From: Candidatus Omnitrophota bacterium
GTDB taxonomy: Bacteria > Omnitrophota > Gorgyraeia > Zapsychrales > Fredricksoniimonadaceae
Direction of reading: 5' to 3'
DNA length: 64,000 nucleotides
Assembly: GCA_015233675.1 (NCBI GenBank)
Contig: JADFXH010000011.1
Span: 526 to 64,525 of the forward strand
The position numbers and the translations under genes were made by a program. Under the pieces are notes generated by a model. That model worked only from the letters and a program-made list of their open reading frames with translations. It did no database searches and was not told where the DNA came from. Each line of letters opens with the position of its first letter. Within the stretch, counting starts at the first letter, position 1. Below are positions 34,601 through 42,969 of this stretch, in pieces.

Positions 34601-37073
34601 GATAATACATCCGGAGGACCGCAGTTTTGTACAGGCGGCCATTTCCAAAGCCATCGAAACAGGAATTTATGAGACTGAATATCGTGCCCTTTGGCCGGAT
34701 GGCAGTTGTCACAACATTGCCGCCAGAGGGAATGTCCATCATGACAACGCGGGCAGGGCTGTTTCGATGACAGGAGTTTGCTGGGACATCACCGAGAACA
34801 AGCAGGTTGAAAATGCCCTGCAAGAAAGTGAAGAGCTCTATCATTCCTTATTTGAGAATATGCTTAATGGTTTTGCTTATTGTCAAATGTACTTCGACGA
34901 TAAAGGAAGCCCCGTTGATTTCACGTACCTGTCTGTAAACACGGCTTTTGAAAGATTGACAGGTTTGAAGGATGTCATCGGCAAAAAAGTGACCCAAGTC
35001 ATTCCGGGCTTACGAGAATCTGATCCGGGAGTGTTTGAAATTTATGGCCGAGTCTCAAAGACAGGCAAGCCGGAAAGTATTGAAATATTTGTTAATGCCC
35101 TGCAAATGTGGTTTGAAATATCTGTGTACAGCCCTAAAAGAGGATATTTTGTGGCCGTCTTCGATGTTGTTACCGCCCGTAAAGAGGCGGAAAAGCAGAT
35201 GAAGGACACTATTAATTATGTCCAGACGATTTTGTCCGCCTCCCCCATAGCCATTCTCACCTTTAAGGCCACGGGAGAGAATGTTTCAGCAAACCAAGCG
35301 GCCGCGAAGTTGATCGGCACTTCTGTTGAGAGTTTGAATAAACAGAATTTTTACCAGCTTGATTCCTGGAAAAATTCTGGACTTCTTGAACGGGCCACAA
35401 GAGTTTTAAAAACAAGGCAGGAGGAAGTCTTTGAAGCGCACTTTACAAGCAGTTTCGGGTCTCCAATCTGGATCGCTGGCCGTTTAGCTTCATTTCAGAT
35501 TGGAGGCCAGCCTCATTTGTTGTTGATGGCGGTGGACATCAGTGAGCGCAAACGGGTTGAAGATATTTTGCGCAAGAGCGAGGAACAATATCGTGAATTG
35601 GTCCAGAACGCCAATAGTGCCATTATCCGCTGGAAAGTTGACGGGACCATTGCCTTTTTTAACGAATATGCTCAAGACTTATTTGGCTGGCGAGCTGACG
35701 AAGTGATCGGTAAACACGTTAATATCATTGTCCCTTCTCAAGACAGTACAGGGGCTGATTTGAAGAATCTAGTATTGGATATCGCCCGGCATCCGGAAAA
35801 TTATGTTCATAGTGTTAATGAGAATATTTGCAGGGATGGACGAAGGGTCTGGATGGCCTGGACCAATAAGCCTATGTTTGATGAGAATGGGATGGTAACG
35901 GAGATTCTTGCTGTTGGTTTTGACAATTCCGCGCTTAAAGAGTCGGAAATAAAACTTCGAGAGAGAGAGGAACAGTTGAAGTTGTTTGTTGACTATGCCC
36001 CCGCTTCCATTGCCATGTTCGACACGCAAATGCGCTACATAACGGCCAGTCAGCGATGGCTGGCGGACTATGGTTTGTCAGGGCAGGACTTGCGAGGTCG
36101 CAGTCATTACGAGGTGTTTCCCGAGATCCCGGAAAGATGGAAAGAAATCCATCGTCGCTGTATGGCTGGCATAGTTGAGCGGGCTGAAGAAGATCAGTTT
36201 GACAGGCTTGACGGTCACAAGCAGTGGGTCCGCTGGGAGATCAGGCCATGGTATACGGCTCTTGGATCGGTGGGAGGGATTATCATTTTTCTTGAGGACA
36301 CCACCGAGCGCAAATTGGCGCAGGATATGCTCAAGCAGGCGAAGCTGAAAGCCGAAGATGCCAACAGGTCCAAGAGCGAGTTTTTAGCCCATGTTGCGCA
36401 TGACCTGCGTACGCCTTTGAATGCAATTGTCGGATTTTGTTCTTTACTCACCTCCGAGAGTGCGGCTGATAAACGGCCTAGAATGATCGAGGTCATCCGG
36501 ATTCAGTCCCAAAATATCTTGACTCTCATCAATGAGATCCTTGATGCCGCGAGACTGGAGTCTCACAAGATCACGTTGCGCAATGAGGGATTTGACTTGA
36601 AAGCAACCGTGGACATGGCCGTGGAATTATTACGCCTCGAGGCAGGTTCAAAGGATGTTAAAATATCTTATTCCTATGATCAAAATATCCCGCGGATCAA
36701 AGGGGATGCGATCAGGGTTGCCCAGATCCTGAATAATCTGCTGAGTAACGCGTTAAAATATACAGAACAAGGCGAGATCACTTTCATCGTAGACCTCGTT
36801 TCAGCAGGCACAGATAAGAAAAAGTGCCATATCAAGTTTTTTATAAAAGACACCGGTTGGGGGATCCCACAGGAAAAGCTTTCGGCTATTTTTGATCCAT
36901 TTGTCAGGGCGCATGAGTTTGTCGGTGATAAAGATATGGCAGGTGTCGGTCTGGGGCTGTATATCTGCAAACTCCTTGTTCATCTGATGGGAGGCCAAAT
37001 TAGTGTTGAGTCTCAGGAGGGCAAAGGTACAACATTTGTTTTTGACTTGAATTTTGAGACAGCAGCACAGTAA
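31644..37073 (+). CDS. CheB-methylesterase / CheR-methyltransferase fusion with coiled coil, multiple PAS domains, HisKA and HATPase_c
   Basis: IVAIGASAGGLEAF (CheB-like), CSTGEEAYSLAI (CheR SAM site), EELQSSNEELETSKEELQASNEEM coiled coil, H-box AHDLRTPLNAIVGF, G-box GVGLGLYICKLLV. Confidence 0.9.
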   Translation: MAKKRTMPRAKDGEFPIVAIGASAGGLEAFSELLKNLPPDTGMAFVLVCHLAPMHKSMLTEIITRITRMPTQEVKNRMPVYPDHVYIIPPNKKMTISNGKFRLGLRTETLGLYLPIDCFFTSLAKDRGSQAIGVILSGAASDGINGQKAIKSMGGITFSQDPATAKQDSMPKGAIASGFVDYVLNPKAIAGQLVSLSQHLPLIKTKTKGLEKLLLSAQDDLTKILVLLKYFNGVDFTHYKKATIERRIKRRLLLTQKSTLKEYLKYLRRNPKEVELLFQDMLINVTNFFRDPKLFKALEKKVFPNIFKQKPPDQAVRIWVPACSTGEEAYSLAICLLEILKSKKRSWPIQVFATDVNEAVIRKARRGLYPESIKEDVPPQILHRYFVKEPGGWRVVKSVRDICVFAAQDLTRDPPFSKLDLISCRNMLIYMDRKLQKKIISLFHYGLNPSGSLVLGSAESIFGFTDLFSAVDKRLKIYRKKESWARPAVYFEPGQYPVGQITTGNERTAAYKKQPIAFEMQAEDVQAKDEELRSALEEIQSANEELQSSNEELETSKEELQASNEEMVTLNDELSVRNAELGKLNSDIRNLFNSTHIPVIMVGRDFCIYRFTPMAQKVWNLIPSDVGRKLKDINPNIHVPHLEVMLVDAIDHLKMTEKEVQDNEGHWYCVTVRPYKTVDNKIDGAVIVLSDIHTIKLAGRQIEALGEYFENIVKAVPDPLIVLDKNLCVRTANQSFYDQFKVSPKQTEGHLLYDLGNHQWDLPALRKLLKEVYANNVPVNDFEMSHKFPRIGQKVMLLNARIVVENIAGERLILLSIKDITERKETEKNIVRLSSFPEINPNPIYEVDFKGKITYANLAAKELKADGLAPLIENGLKELVDIFRRNRKKEILREFQAADRWYLQSLYKVPDIDALRIYNIDITERKRAQDALQVSRERLELALLSSRMATFDWDIIRNKRTWSEGVHKLLGTKSETFTGSAEEFFRIIHPEDRSFVQAAISKAIETGIYETEYRALWPDGSCHNIAARGNVHHDNAGRAVSMTGVCWDITENKQVENALQESEELYHSLFENMLNGFAYCQMYFDDKGSPVDFTYLSVNTAFERLTGLKDVIGKKVTQVIPGLRESDPGVFEIYGRVSKTGKPESIEIFVNALQMWFEISVYSPKRGYFVAVFDVVTARKEAEKQMKDTINYVQTILSASPIAILTFKATGENVSANQAAAKLIGTSVESLNKQNFYQLDSWKNSGLLERATRVLKTRQEEVFEAHFTSSFGSPIWIAGRLASFQIGGQPHLLLMAVDISERKRVEDILRKSEEQYRELVQNANSAIIRWKVDGTIAFFNEYAQDLFGWRADEVIGKHVNIIVPSQDSTGADLKNLVLDIARHPENYVHSVNENICRDGRRVWMAWTNKPMFDENGMVTEILAVGFDNSALKESEIKLREREEQLKLFVDYAPASIAMFDTQMRYITASQRWLADYGLSGQDLRGRSHYEVFPEIPERWKEIHRRCMAGIVERAEEDQFDRLDGHKQWVRWEIRPWYTALGSVGGIIIFLEDTTERKLAQDMLKQAKLKAEDANRSKSEFLAHVAHDLRTPLNAIVGFCSLLTSESAADKRPRMIEVIRIQSQNILTLINEILDAARLESHKITLRNEGFDLKATVDMAVELLRLEAGSKDVKISYSYDQNIPRIKGDAIRVAQILNNLLSNALKYTEQGEITFIVDLVSAGTDKKKCHIKFFIKDTGWGIPQEKLSAIFDPFVRAHEFVGDKDMAGVGLGLYICKLLVHLMGGQISVESQEGKGTTFVFDLNFETAAQ

Positions 37074-37131
37074 AAACAATTTCCTTCCTCTGCTGATTCC
37101 CTTCCTTTGTGGCGAGGAGGATAAAAGTATT

Positions 37132-37170
37132 TTCCCTCCCCCTTGCGGGGAGGGCAAGGGAGGGGGCAAG
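37132..37170. repeat. CCCTCCCCC...GGGGAGGG hairpin repeat, copy C
   Basis: ttccctcccccttgcggggagggcaagggagggggcaag. The CCCTCCCC/GGGGAGGG 8-bp stem is perfect. Confidence 0.75.
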
Positions 37171-37200
37171 AGGATTGGGGGGCATTGAAAGGAAGTCACT

Positions 37201-37599
37201 ATGGGCGCACCGTTAGAAAAGAAGACTAAAAGGATTCTTGTTGTGGATGATGATGGGTTAAGTCAGGAGCTGATGGCTATTGTTCTTGATGCCCTGGGAT
37301 ATAGCTATGAGTCCGCAAAAAACGGTAAGGAAGCTGTGGAAAAAGCGTTAAAGCAAGATTTTGATCTGGTCCTCATGGATCTGCGTATGCCGGTGATGAA
37401 TGGTTATGACGCGGCTAGAAAGATCCATGAAGTTAAAGAAAACCTGCCCATTTATGCGCTCACAGCCCATGTCCTCGATTATGTCCCGTCTAAATGTCGT
37501 GATGCAGGCATGACGGGGATCTTCCCTAAGCCCATCGATGTGCCTAAGTTTAATGAATGGTTGAAAACTCGGATGGGAATGGAATTTGGCGCTCCGTAA
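37201..37599 (+). CDS. Single-domain response regulator; paralogue of 24104-24481
   Basis: ILVVDDDG...DLVLMDLRMPVMNGYD...IYALTAHV...GMTGIFPKP. Confidence 0.88.
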   Translation: MGAPLEKKTKRILVVDDDGLSQELMAIVLDALGYSYESAKNGKEAVEKALKQDFDLVLMDLRMPVMNGYDAARKIHEVKENLPIYALTAHVLDYVPSKCRDAGMTGIFPKPIDVPKFNEWLKTRMGMEFGAP

Positions 37600-38149
37600 T
37601 AAAAAACGATGCGGTTGGTGTACCGGTGATCCTGTTTATATCGAATACCATGATAAGCAATGGGGCAGGCCTGTTCATGATGACCGGTTATTGTTTGAAT
37701 TTTTGGTACTGGAGGGTGCTCAGGCCGGCCTAAGCTGGCTGACGGTGTTAAAAAAAAGAGAGAACTATCGTAAAGCTTTTGATAATTTTGAAGCGGCGAA
37801 AATATCCTGTTATGATGATAGAAAAATCAATCAACTGTTAAACACGCAAGGCATTATCCGCAACCGTTTAAAAATCGTGTCAGTTCTCGTCAATGCCAGG
37901 GCCTTTTTGGCGGCGCAAAAAGAATTCGGCACTTTTGACAAGTATATATGGCAATTCGTCGGTGGCAAGACCGTTAAAAATCATTTCTCCGATTATAAAG
38001 CTTTACCTGCCAAAACGCCTGCGTCACAAGCGATGAGCCGGGATCTTAAAAAAAGGGGATTTAATTTCGTAGGACCAACCATTTGTTATGCTTTTATGCA
38101 AGCCGTGGGTATGGTCAATGACCACACGACCGATTGTTTTTGCTACTGA
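37586..38149 (+). CDS. tag: DNA-3-methyladenine glycosylase I
   Basis: RCGWCTGDPVYIEYHDKQWGRPVHDDRLLFEFLVLEGAQAGLSW. TTG start overlaps the upstream stop. Confidence 0.88.
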   Translation: MALRNKKRCGWCTGDPVYIEYHDKQWGRPVHDDRLLFEFLVLEGAQAGLSWLTVLKKRENYRKAFDNFEAAKISCYDDRKINQLLNTQGIIRNRLKIVSVLVNARAFLAAQKEFGTFDKYIWQFVGGKTVKNHFSDYKALPAKTPASQAMSRDLKKRGFNFVGPTICYAFMQAVGMVNDHTTDCFCY

Positions 38150-38155
38150 TTACTT

Positions 38156-39091
38156 ATGCCCCAAAGCACATTACCTTCAGATTTCGAAATCAGGCTAAAG
38201 GAAATATTTCCTCAAAGGCAGGCATCTCTTTTTGGGCCCAGGCGTTATCAGTCTTTTCGTATTAATACGCTTAAAATTACTGTTGAAGATGCACACGCCA
38301 TGCTTTCTGTTCGAAAAGTAGACTTCAAAACAGCAGGCTTTTGTCCGTATGCCGTGATTGTGGAAAAATTGGCGGCTCAGGAACTTTTAAAGTCAGAACT
38401 TGTTCAAGAAGGGCTTTTATATGCTCAAGGTTTAGAGAGTCTGTTGCCGGTGATTGTTTTAGATCCGCGTCCCAATCAGCGGGTGCTTGATATGTGCGCA
38501 GCCCCGGGAAGTAAAACTTCTCAAATAGCCATGCATATGCATAATGAAGGGATCTTGAAAGCCAATGAGCCTGTACGCCAGAGGCTCTATAGGTTAAAGT
38601 CAGTCTTGCAGCTGACCGGGACCAAAGCCCAAATATCTTCGGTAGACGGACGGCGTTTCAAAGAGTACAATGGCCCTTTCGATCGTATTTTGGTTGACGC
38701 TCCCTGCAGTACTGAGGGGCGTTTTATTATTAATGATCCTAAAAGTTTTGCATACTGGAGCGTGCGTAAGATTAAAGAAATGTCCCATAAGCAAAAGGGA
38801 CTTTTACTCAATGCCAGCAGGCTTTTAAGCCCCGGCGGGATTTTAGTTTATGCCACCTGTACTTTTGCTCCGGAAGAAAATGAAGAGGTGGTGGATTGGT
38901 TTTTGCGTAAGACCGATGGCCGTTTTGAACTTGACCCCATCCATATAGAGGGGGTTGCGACTTATCCTTGTTTGACCCATTGGCAGAAGAGAACGTACGA
39001 TTTGCGTATCAGGGATGCGGCCCGAATCTTGCCCGATGAGAGAATGGAAGGTTTTTTTATTGCCAAATTCACGAATTCTCACTATAAATGA
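38156..39091 (+). CDS. RsmB/RsmF/NOP2-family rRNA (cytosine-C5) methyltransferase
   Basis: DMCAAPGSKT, DAPCSTEG, ATCTFAPEENE. Confidence 0.85.
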   Translation: MPQSTLPSDFEIRLKEIFPQRQASLFGPRRYQSFRINTLKITVEDAHAMLSVRKVDFKTAGFCPYAVIVEKLAAQELLKSELVQEGLLYAQGLESLLPVIVLDPRPNQRVLDMCAAPGSKTSQIAMHMHNEGILKANEPVRQRLYRLKSVLQLTGTKAQISSVDGRRFKEYNGPFDRILVDAPCSTEGRFIINDPKSFAYWSVRKIKEMSHKQKGLLLNASRLLSPGGILVYATCTFAPEENEEVVDWFLRKTDGRFELDPIHIEGVATYPCLTHWQKRTYDLRIRDAARILPDERMEGFFIAKFTNSHYK

Positions 39092-39095
39092 TTAT

Positions 39096-39824
39096 ATGAA
39101 TTTAAGACTAATCCTTATATTATTTATGCTTTTTACCTGGAGCCCTGCGGCTCAAGCTCAAAATAAGTTGCAGGATGAGATTACGCTTGAAGCGAATGTC
39201 GTTCAAATTATTCTTAATGACGAGCATCGCGGCGGTGTCGACTGGGCGGCTATTGTCTCGGATTTTCATACGGTCCCTTTGAAAAAAGAAAACGACCCTG
39301 CCTGGAATGACAAAAAATACCGCTTGAGCTTCGGCGCGGTTTCCCAGGACGATTATCAGGTCCTGCTTGATGCGTTGGATACGGTCGGGCAGATGAGCCA
39401 GTTTCCCCAATCGCCTATTAAGGCTTCTTTAAGCACGCCTGCCAGTATTAATTTTGATAAACAGAATATCCATGTTGATTTTTTGCTTTCACGTTTTAAA
39501 TCAGGAGACCTTTCTTTACGAATTGATCCTCACATTGCCGTTGCTGCGATGGAAATCTGGAACGGCCAGAAGGTCTCGGCATCGGTGCTTTTAAATGCCC
39601 AGACAAATATGTTGATTGCCAATAATACGACCATCGTTATCGGCGGGCTTATGAAGGAAGAAGAAATCACCCGGACGCACAAGTTTCCCCTGCTTGGGGA
39701 CATCCCGATTGTTGGACTGGTTTTCCGTAATCAAGGACGCCTGATGCAAAAGACTGAAACAGTTATTTTTTTGACGGTTCGGGCTAACGCAGTTGATTCA
39801 TCCGGGGATGAGAGCACATCATGA
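39096..39824 (+). CDS. Minimal secretin-domain outer-membrane protein (no N0-N3 domains)
   Basis: Signal peptide ...SPAAQAQ. ITLEANVVQIILNDEHRGGVDW...TTIVIGGLMKEE...FPLLGDIPIVGLVFRN...TVIFLTVRA. The 39015 start is rejected. Confidence 0.7.
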   Translation: MNLRLILILFMLFTWSPAAQAQNKLQDEITLEANVVQIILNDEHRGGVDWAAIVSDFHTVPLKKENDPAWNDKKYRLSFGAVSQDDYQVLLDALDTVGQMSQFPQSPIKASLSTPASINFDKQNIHVDFLLSRFKSGDLSLRIDPHIAVAAMEIWNGQKVSASVLLNAQTNMLIANNTTIVIGGLMKEEEITRTHKFPLLGDIPIVGLVFRNQGRLMQKTETVIFLTVRANAVDSSGDESTS

Positions 39825-40855
39825 TATTTAGGATATTGATTTGCTTTTTAATGCTTTTAACCCTGCACGGATGCGGGGGCAGGCCTGTTGTTGTGTCCAA
39901 CTTGCCGATGGGAATTCCTCTTGCTGATGTTTGTGACCGTTATCATGTCACCTGGCAGTGGGATGGCGTCACCCAGGTCGTATTGATGGAGTATAAAGGC
40001 AATACATCCAAGGCACTGGTCGGAAGCTCGACAGTCCTTATCGGCAAGCAGCAAATAATTCTCAGCGCTCCTCTGCGCCGCGAGAAAAGCACAATTTATG
40101 TTCCTCAAGATTTTGAGGCCAAGGTGTTGGCTCCTTTTGGGGTTCCTATAGGAGGGGGATTGTCCTCTATTGTGAGTTCCTCACGCGTGCATACCATTGT
40201 CATTGATGCAGGACACGGCGGCAAAGACCGCGGGACCATAGCTCCTTTTGGAATAGATGAAAAAGAAATTGTTTTAGATATAGCCAAACGTCTCAGACAG
40301 CTTTTAGAGAGCGCGGGGATTAAGGTTATCATGACCAGAGATTCGGATAATTTTATACCTTTGCCGGAACGTACTATCATTGCCTCTCACAGCGGCGCGG
40401 ATTTGTTTGTCAGCATACATGTTAACTCTAATCATGATCATTCCGTAGAGGGGTTATTGGTTTATTACCTTGATTCAATTTCCAGGAAAGATTTAATTGA
40501 AGAGCAGAGAAAAGAAAATGCGCATATTTATCTTAAATCCCTTAGCGCCAATGATTCCACAATTCTTCAAGCTATTGTTGCAGACATGATGGATACGCTC
40601 AAAGCCCCGCAATCACTAAAGCTGGCGAAGTTGATCGTCAGAGAGGCCCGTGACAGGTCAGGGATCAAGGTGCGCGGTGACGGCATTCGTTTTTGCCGGT
40701 TTTTTGTGGTGCGTAATACGTTAATGCCGGCTGTGTTGGTCGAAACCGGATTTTTATCTAACCGTCAGGAACACAATAAATTAATTTCTTCGCTTTACCG
40801 TCAGAAATTGGCGGAGGTCATTGCCCGAGGCGTTCTGGATTATGCAAATGAATGA
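39821..40855 (+). CDS. N-acetylmuramoyl-L-alanine amidase (AmiC-like) with an N-terminal accessory domain
   Basis: VIDAGHGGKDRG, LFVSIHVNS, PAVLVETGFLSN. Lipoprotein-like LTLHGCGG at the N-terminus. Confidence 0.88.
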   Translation: MIFRILICFLMLLTLHGCGGRPVVVSNLPMGIPLADVCDRYHVTWQWDGVTQVVLMEYKGNTSKALVGSSTVLIGKQQIILSAPLRREKSTIYVPQDFEAKVLAPFGVPIGGGLSSIVSSSRVHTIVIDAGHGGKDRGTIAPFGIDEKEIVLDIAKRLRQLLESAGIKVIMTRDSDNFIPLPERTIIASHSGADLFVSIHVNSNHDHSVEGLLVYYLDSISRKDLIEEQRKENAHIYLKSLSANDSTILQAIVADMMDTLKAPQSLKLAKLIVREARDRSGIKVRGDGIRFCRFFVVRNTLMPAVLVETGFLSNRQEHNKLISSLYRQKLAEVIARGVLDYANE

Positions 40856-41657
40856 TTGTTCTGAAGATCCGATTGGCGTTTTTGATTCCGGCTTGGGAGG
40901 ATTGACTGTAGTTAAGGAACTCAACCATCACCTTCCCAACGAAAGGATCGTATATTTCGGTGACACGGCGCGAGTGCCTTATGGCACTAAATCAGGGGAG
41001 ACGATCATCCGTTATTCGCGTGAAATTGTAAGGGTTTTACTCAAACATAAAGTAAAAATGGTGGTGGTGGCCTGTAATACGGCTTCATCTTTGGCGCTGG
41101 ATGTTCTGAAAAAAGAATTTGATTTGCCGATTCTTGGCGTGATCGAACCGGGCGCCAGAAAAGCAGCAGCGGTCACCCGTAATAACAAGATCGGCATTAT
41201 CGCCACGTCATCGACGGTAAAAAGCGGTAAATATGCCAGAAAGATCGTGCAATTAAACAAAAATATCGTTGTTTTTAGTCAGCCTTGCCCTTTGTTTGTG
41301 CCTTTAGTGGAGGAGGGGTGGTTTGATCACGCAATAACCTATCAGGTTGCGGGTCATTATTTGAGGGATATAAAAAAGAAGAAAATAGATACCTTGATTT
41401 TAGGATGTACGCATTATCCGTTACTCAAAGGCGTTTTGCATAATGTCATGGGGACCCAAGTGCAGCTGGTAGATTCAGCTCAGGAGGTTGCTTTACAAGT
41501 AAAGGAAGTGTTGACCAAGAGGCGGCTTTTGCGTACCCGATTGGGCCCTTGCCAGCATTTGTATATCGTTAGTGATGAGCCCCAACAATTTAAGCGCCTG
41601 GCTATGCGGTTTTTAGGCGGCGGCGTTAAACATGTCAGGAGACATATTTATGTTTGA
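40842..41657 (+). CDS. murI: Glutamate racemase
   Basis: VFDSGLGGLTV, VVACNTAS, LGCTHYPLL. Confidence 0.92.
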   Translation: MQMNDCSEDPIGVFDSGLGGLTVVKELNHHLPNERIVYFGDTARVPYGTKSGETIIRYSREIVRVLLKHKVKMVVVACNTASSLALDVLKKEFDLPILGVIEPGARKAAAVTRNNKIGIIATSSTVKSGKYARKIVQLNKNIVVFSQPCPLFVPLVEEGWFDHAITYQVAGHYLRDIKKKKIDTLILGCTHYPLLKGVLHNVMGTQVQLVDSAQEVALQVKEVLTKRRLLRTRLGPCQHLYIVSDEPQQFKRLAMRFLGGGVKHVRRHIYV

Positions 41658-42012
41658 AGTGACAGTGAGTGATTCCATTTCCTCAGCCCATCAACTGCAC
41701 GGCTACGATGGGCCTTGTAAATACATGCACGGGCATACGTGGAAGGTTGAAATGCTTGTTTGCGGAAACAATTTAGACGCTGTGGGGCTATTGACAGATT
41801 TCAAAGTCCTTAAAGCCAAGCTCAAAGCAGTTTTAATGCCCCTGGACCATGTGGTTCTCAATGATTTGCCTGCTTTTAAGGACATGAATCCATCAACGGA
41901 GAATTTAGCCCGGTATATTTACCGTTCTCTGGGAACCAATTGCGCCCCTTTAAGTTTAAAACATGTGCAAGTCTGGGAATCTGATACCGCAAGTGTCGTT
42001 TATTATGAATAG
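41650..42012 (+). CDS. queD: 6-carboxy-5,6,7,8-tetrahydropterin synthase
   Basis: SSAHQLHGYDGPCKYMHGHTWKVE. AGGAGA lies before ATG 41650. Confidence 0.88.
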   Translation: MFEVTVSDSISSAHQLHGYDGPCKYMHGHTWKVEMLVCGNNLDAVGLLTDFKVLKAKLKAVLMPLDHVVLNDLPAFKDMNPSTENLARYIYRSLGTNCAPLSLKHVQVWESDTASVVYYE

Positions 42013-42039
42013 AAAACTTGTGTCATTGCGAGGAGCAAA

Positions 42040-42717
42040 GTGACGAAGCAATCTATTAAAAAAGCCGTCGTTCTTCTCTCCGGAGGTTTAGACTCTTCCA
42101 CTACCCTTTATTACGCTGTCTCTAAAGGTTATGACTGCCATTGCCTGATTTTTGATTATGGACAGAAGCACAAGAAGGAGATCATTCAGGCAAGTTTTGT
42201 CGCACGCAGGGCTGGTTGTAAGGGTGTTGTCGTTAAAATCAGCCTGCCCTGGAAAGGCTCAGCGCTTTTAGATAATAAGATCAGTGTCCCCAAAAACCGG
42301 GCAATGGAGACAAAGGGCATCCCGGTCACCTATGTGCCTGCGAGGAACATTATTTTTTTGAGTTTTGCGGCCTCTTATGCAGAGGCTATAAGAGCCAAGA
42401 CCATTTTTATCGGCGCGAATGCCGTGGATTATTCCGGTTATCCTGACTGCCGTCCGGAATTTATCCGTGCTTATCAGGCCATGCTGGCTCAAGGCCTTAA
42501 GACATCGGTCGAGGGAAAAAGCATTAAAGTCATGACTCCCTTGATCCATTTAAGCAAAGCGCGGATCGTGAAATTGGCTGTTAATTTAAAGGTGCCTTTG
42601 CATTTGACCTGGTCATGTTACAACGGCAAATCCAAGCCTTGCGGGGTCTGCGACAGCTGCCGCCTTCGCGCCCAAGGCTTCGCGCAGGCAAAAATTCAAG
42701 ATAAGGCGCTAGTTTAG
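42040..42717 (+). CDS. queC: 7-cyano-7-deazaguanine synthase
   Basis: VVLLSGGLDSST. C-terminal Zn Cys cluster CGVCDSCRLR. GTG start after GAGGAG. Confidence 0.92.
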   Translation: MTKQSIKKAVVLLSGGLDSSTTLYYAVSKGYDCHCLIFDYGQKHKKEIIQASFVARRAGCKGVVVKISLPWKGSALLDNKISVPKNRAMETKGIPVTYVPARNIIFLSFAASYAEAIRAKTIFIGANAVDYSGYPDCRPEFIRAYQAMLAQGLKTSVEGKSIKVMTPLIHLSKARIVKLAVNLKVPLHLTWSCYNGKSKPCGVCDSCRLRAQGFAQAKIQDKALV

Positions 42718-42861
42718 TAGTTTGTAATTCTGGCGAAAGACAGGATCATTGTTATTTCAGCGAAGGCCGAAATCTTATAATTAAAGATTTTTCTTTTGAG
42801 GGAATGACAAAAAGTAATTGTTTAGCGGCCAGGGGCCTGATGAGACTTGTTTTGCTATTGG

Positions 42862-42897
42862 TTCCTCCCCCTTGATGGGGGAGGTTAGGTGGGGGTG
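42862..42897. repeat. CCTCCCCC...GGGGGAGG hairpin repeat, copy D
   Basis: ttcctcccccttgatgggggaggttaggtgggggtg. Confidence 0.7.
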
Positions 42898-42969
42898 TAA
42901 GTAAAGATAAATTTCGTTGATAAATTCTTACTATGCGATAAACAAAAAACGATCTTATTCAAGGATACA

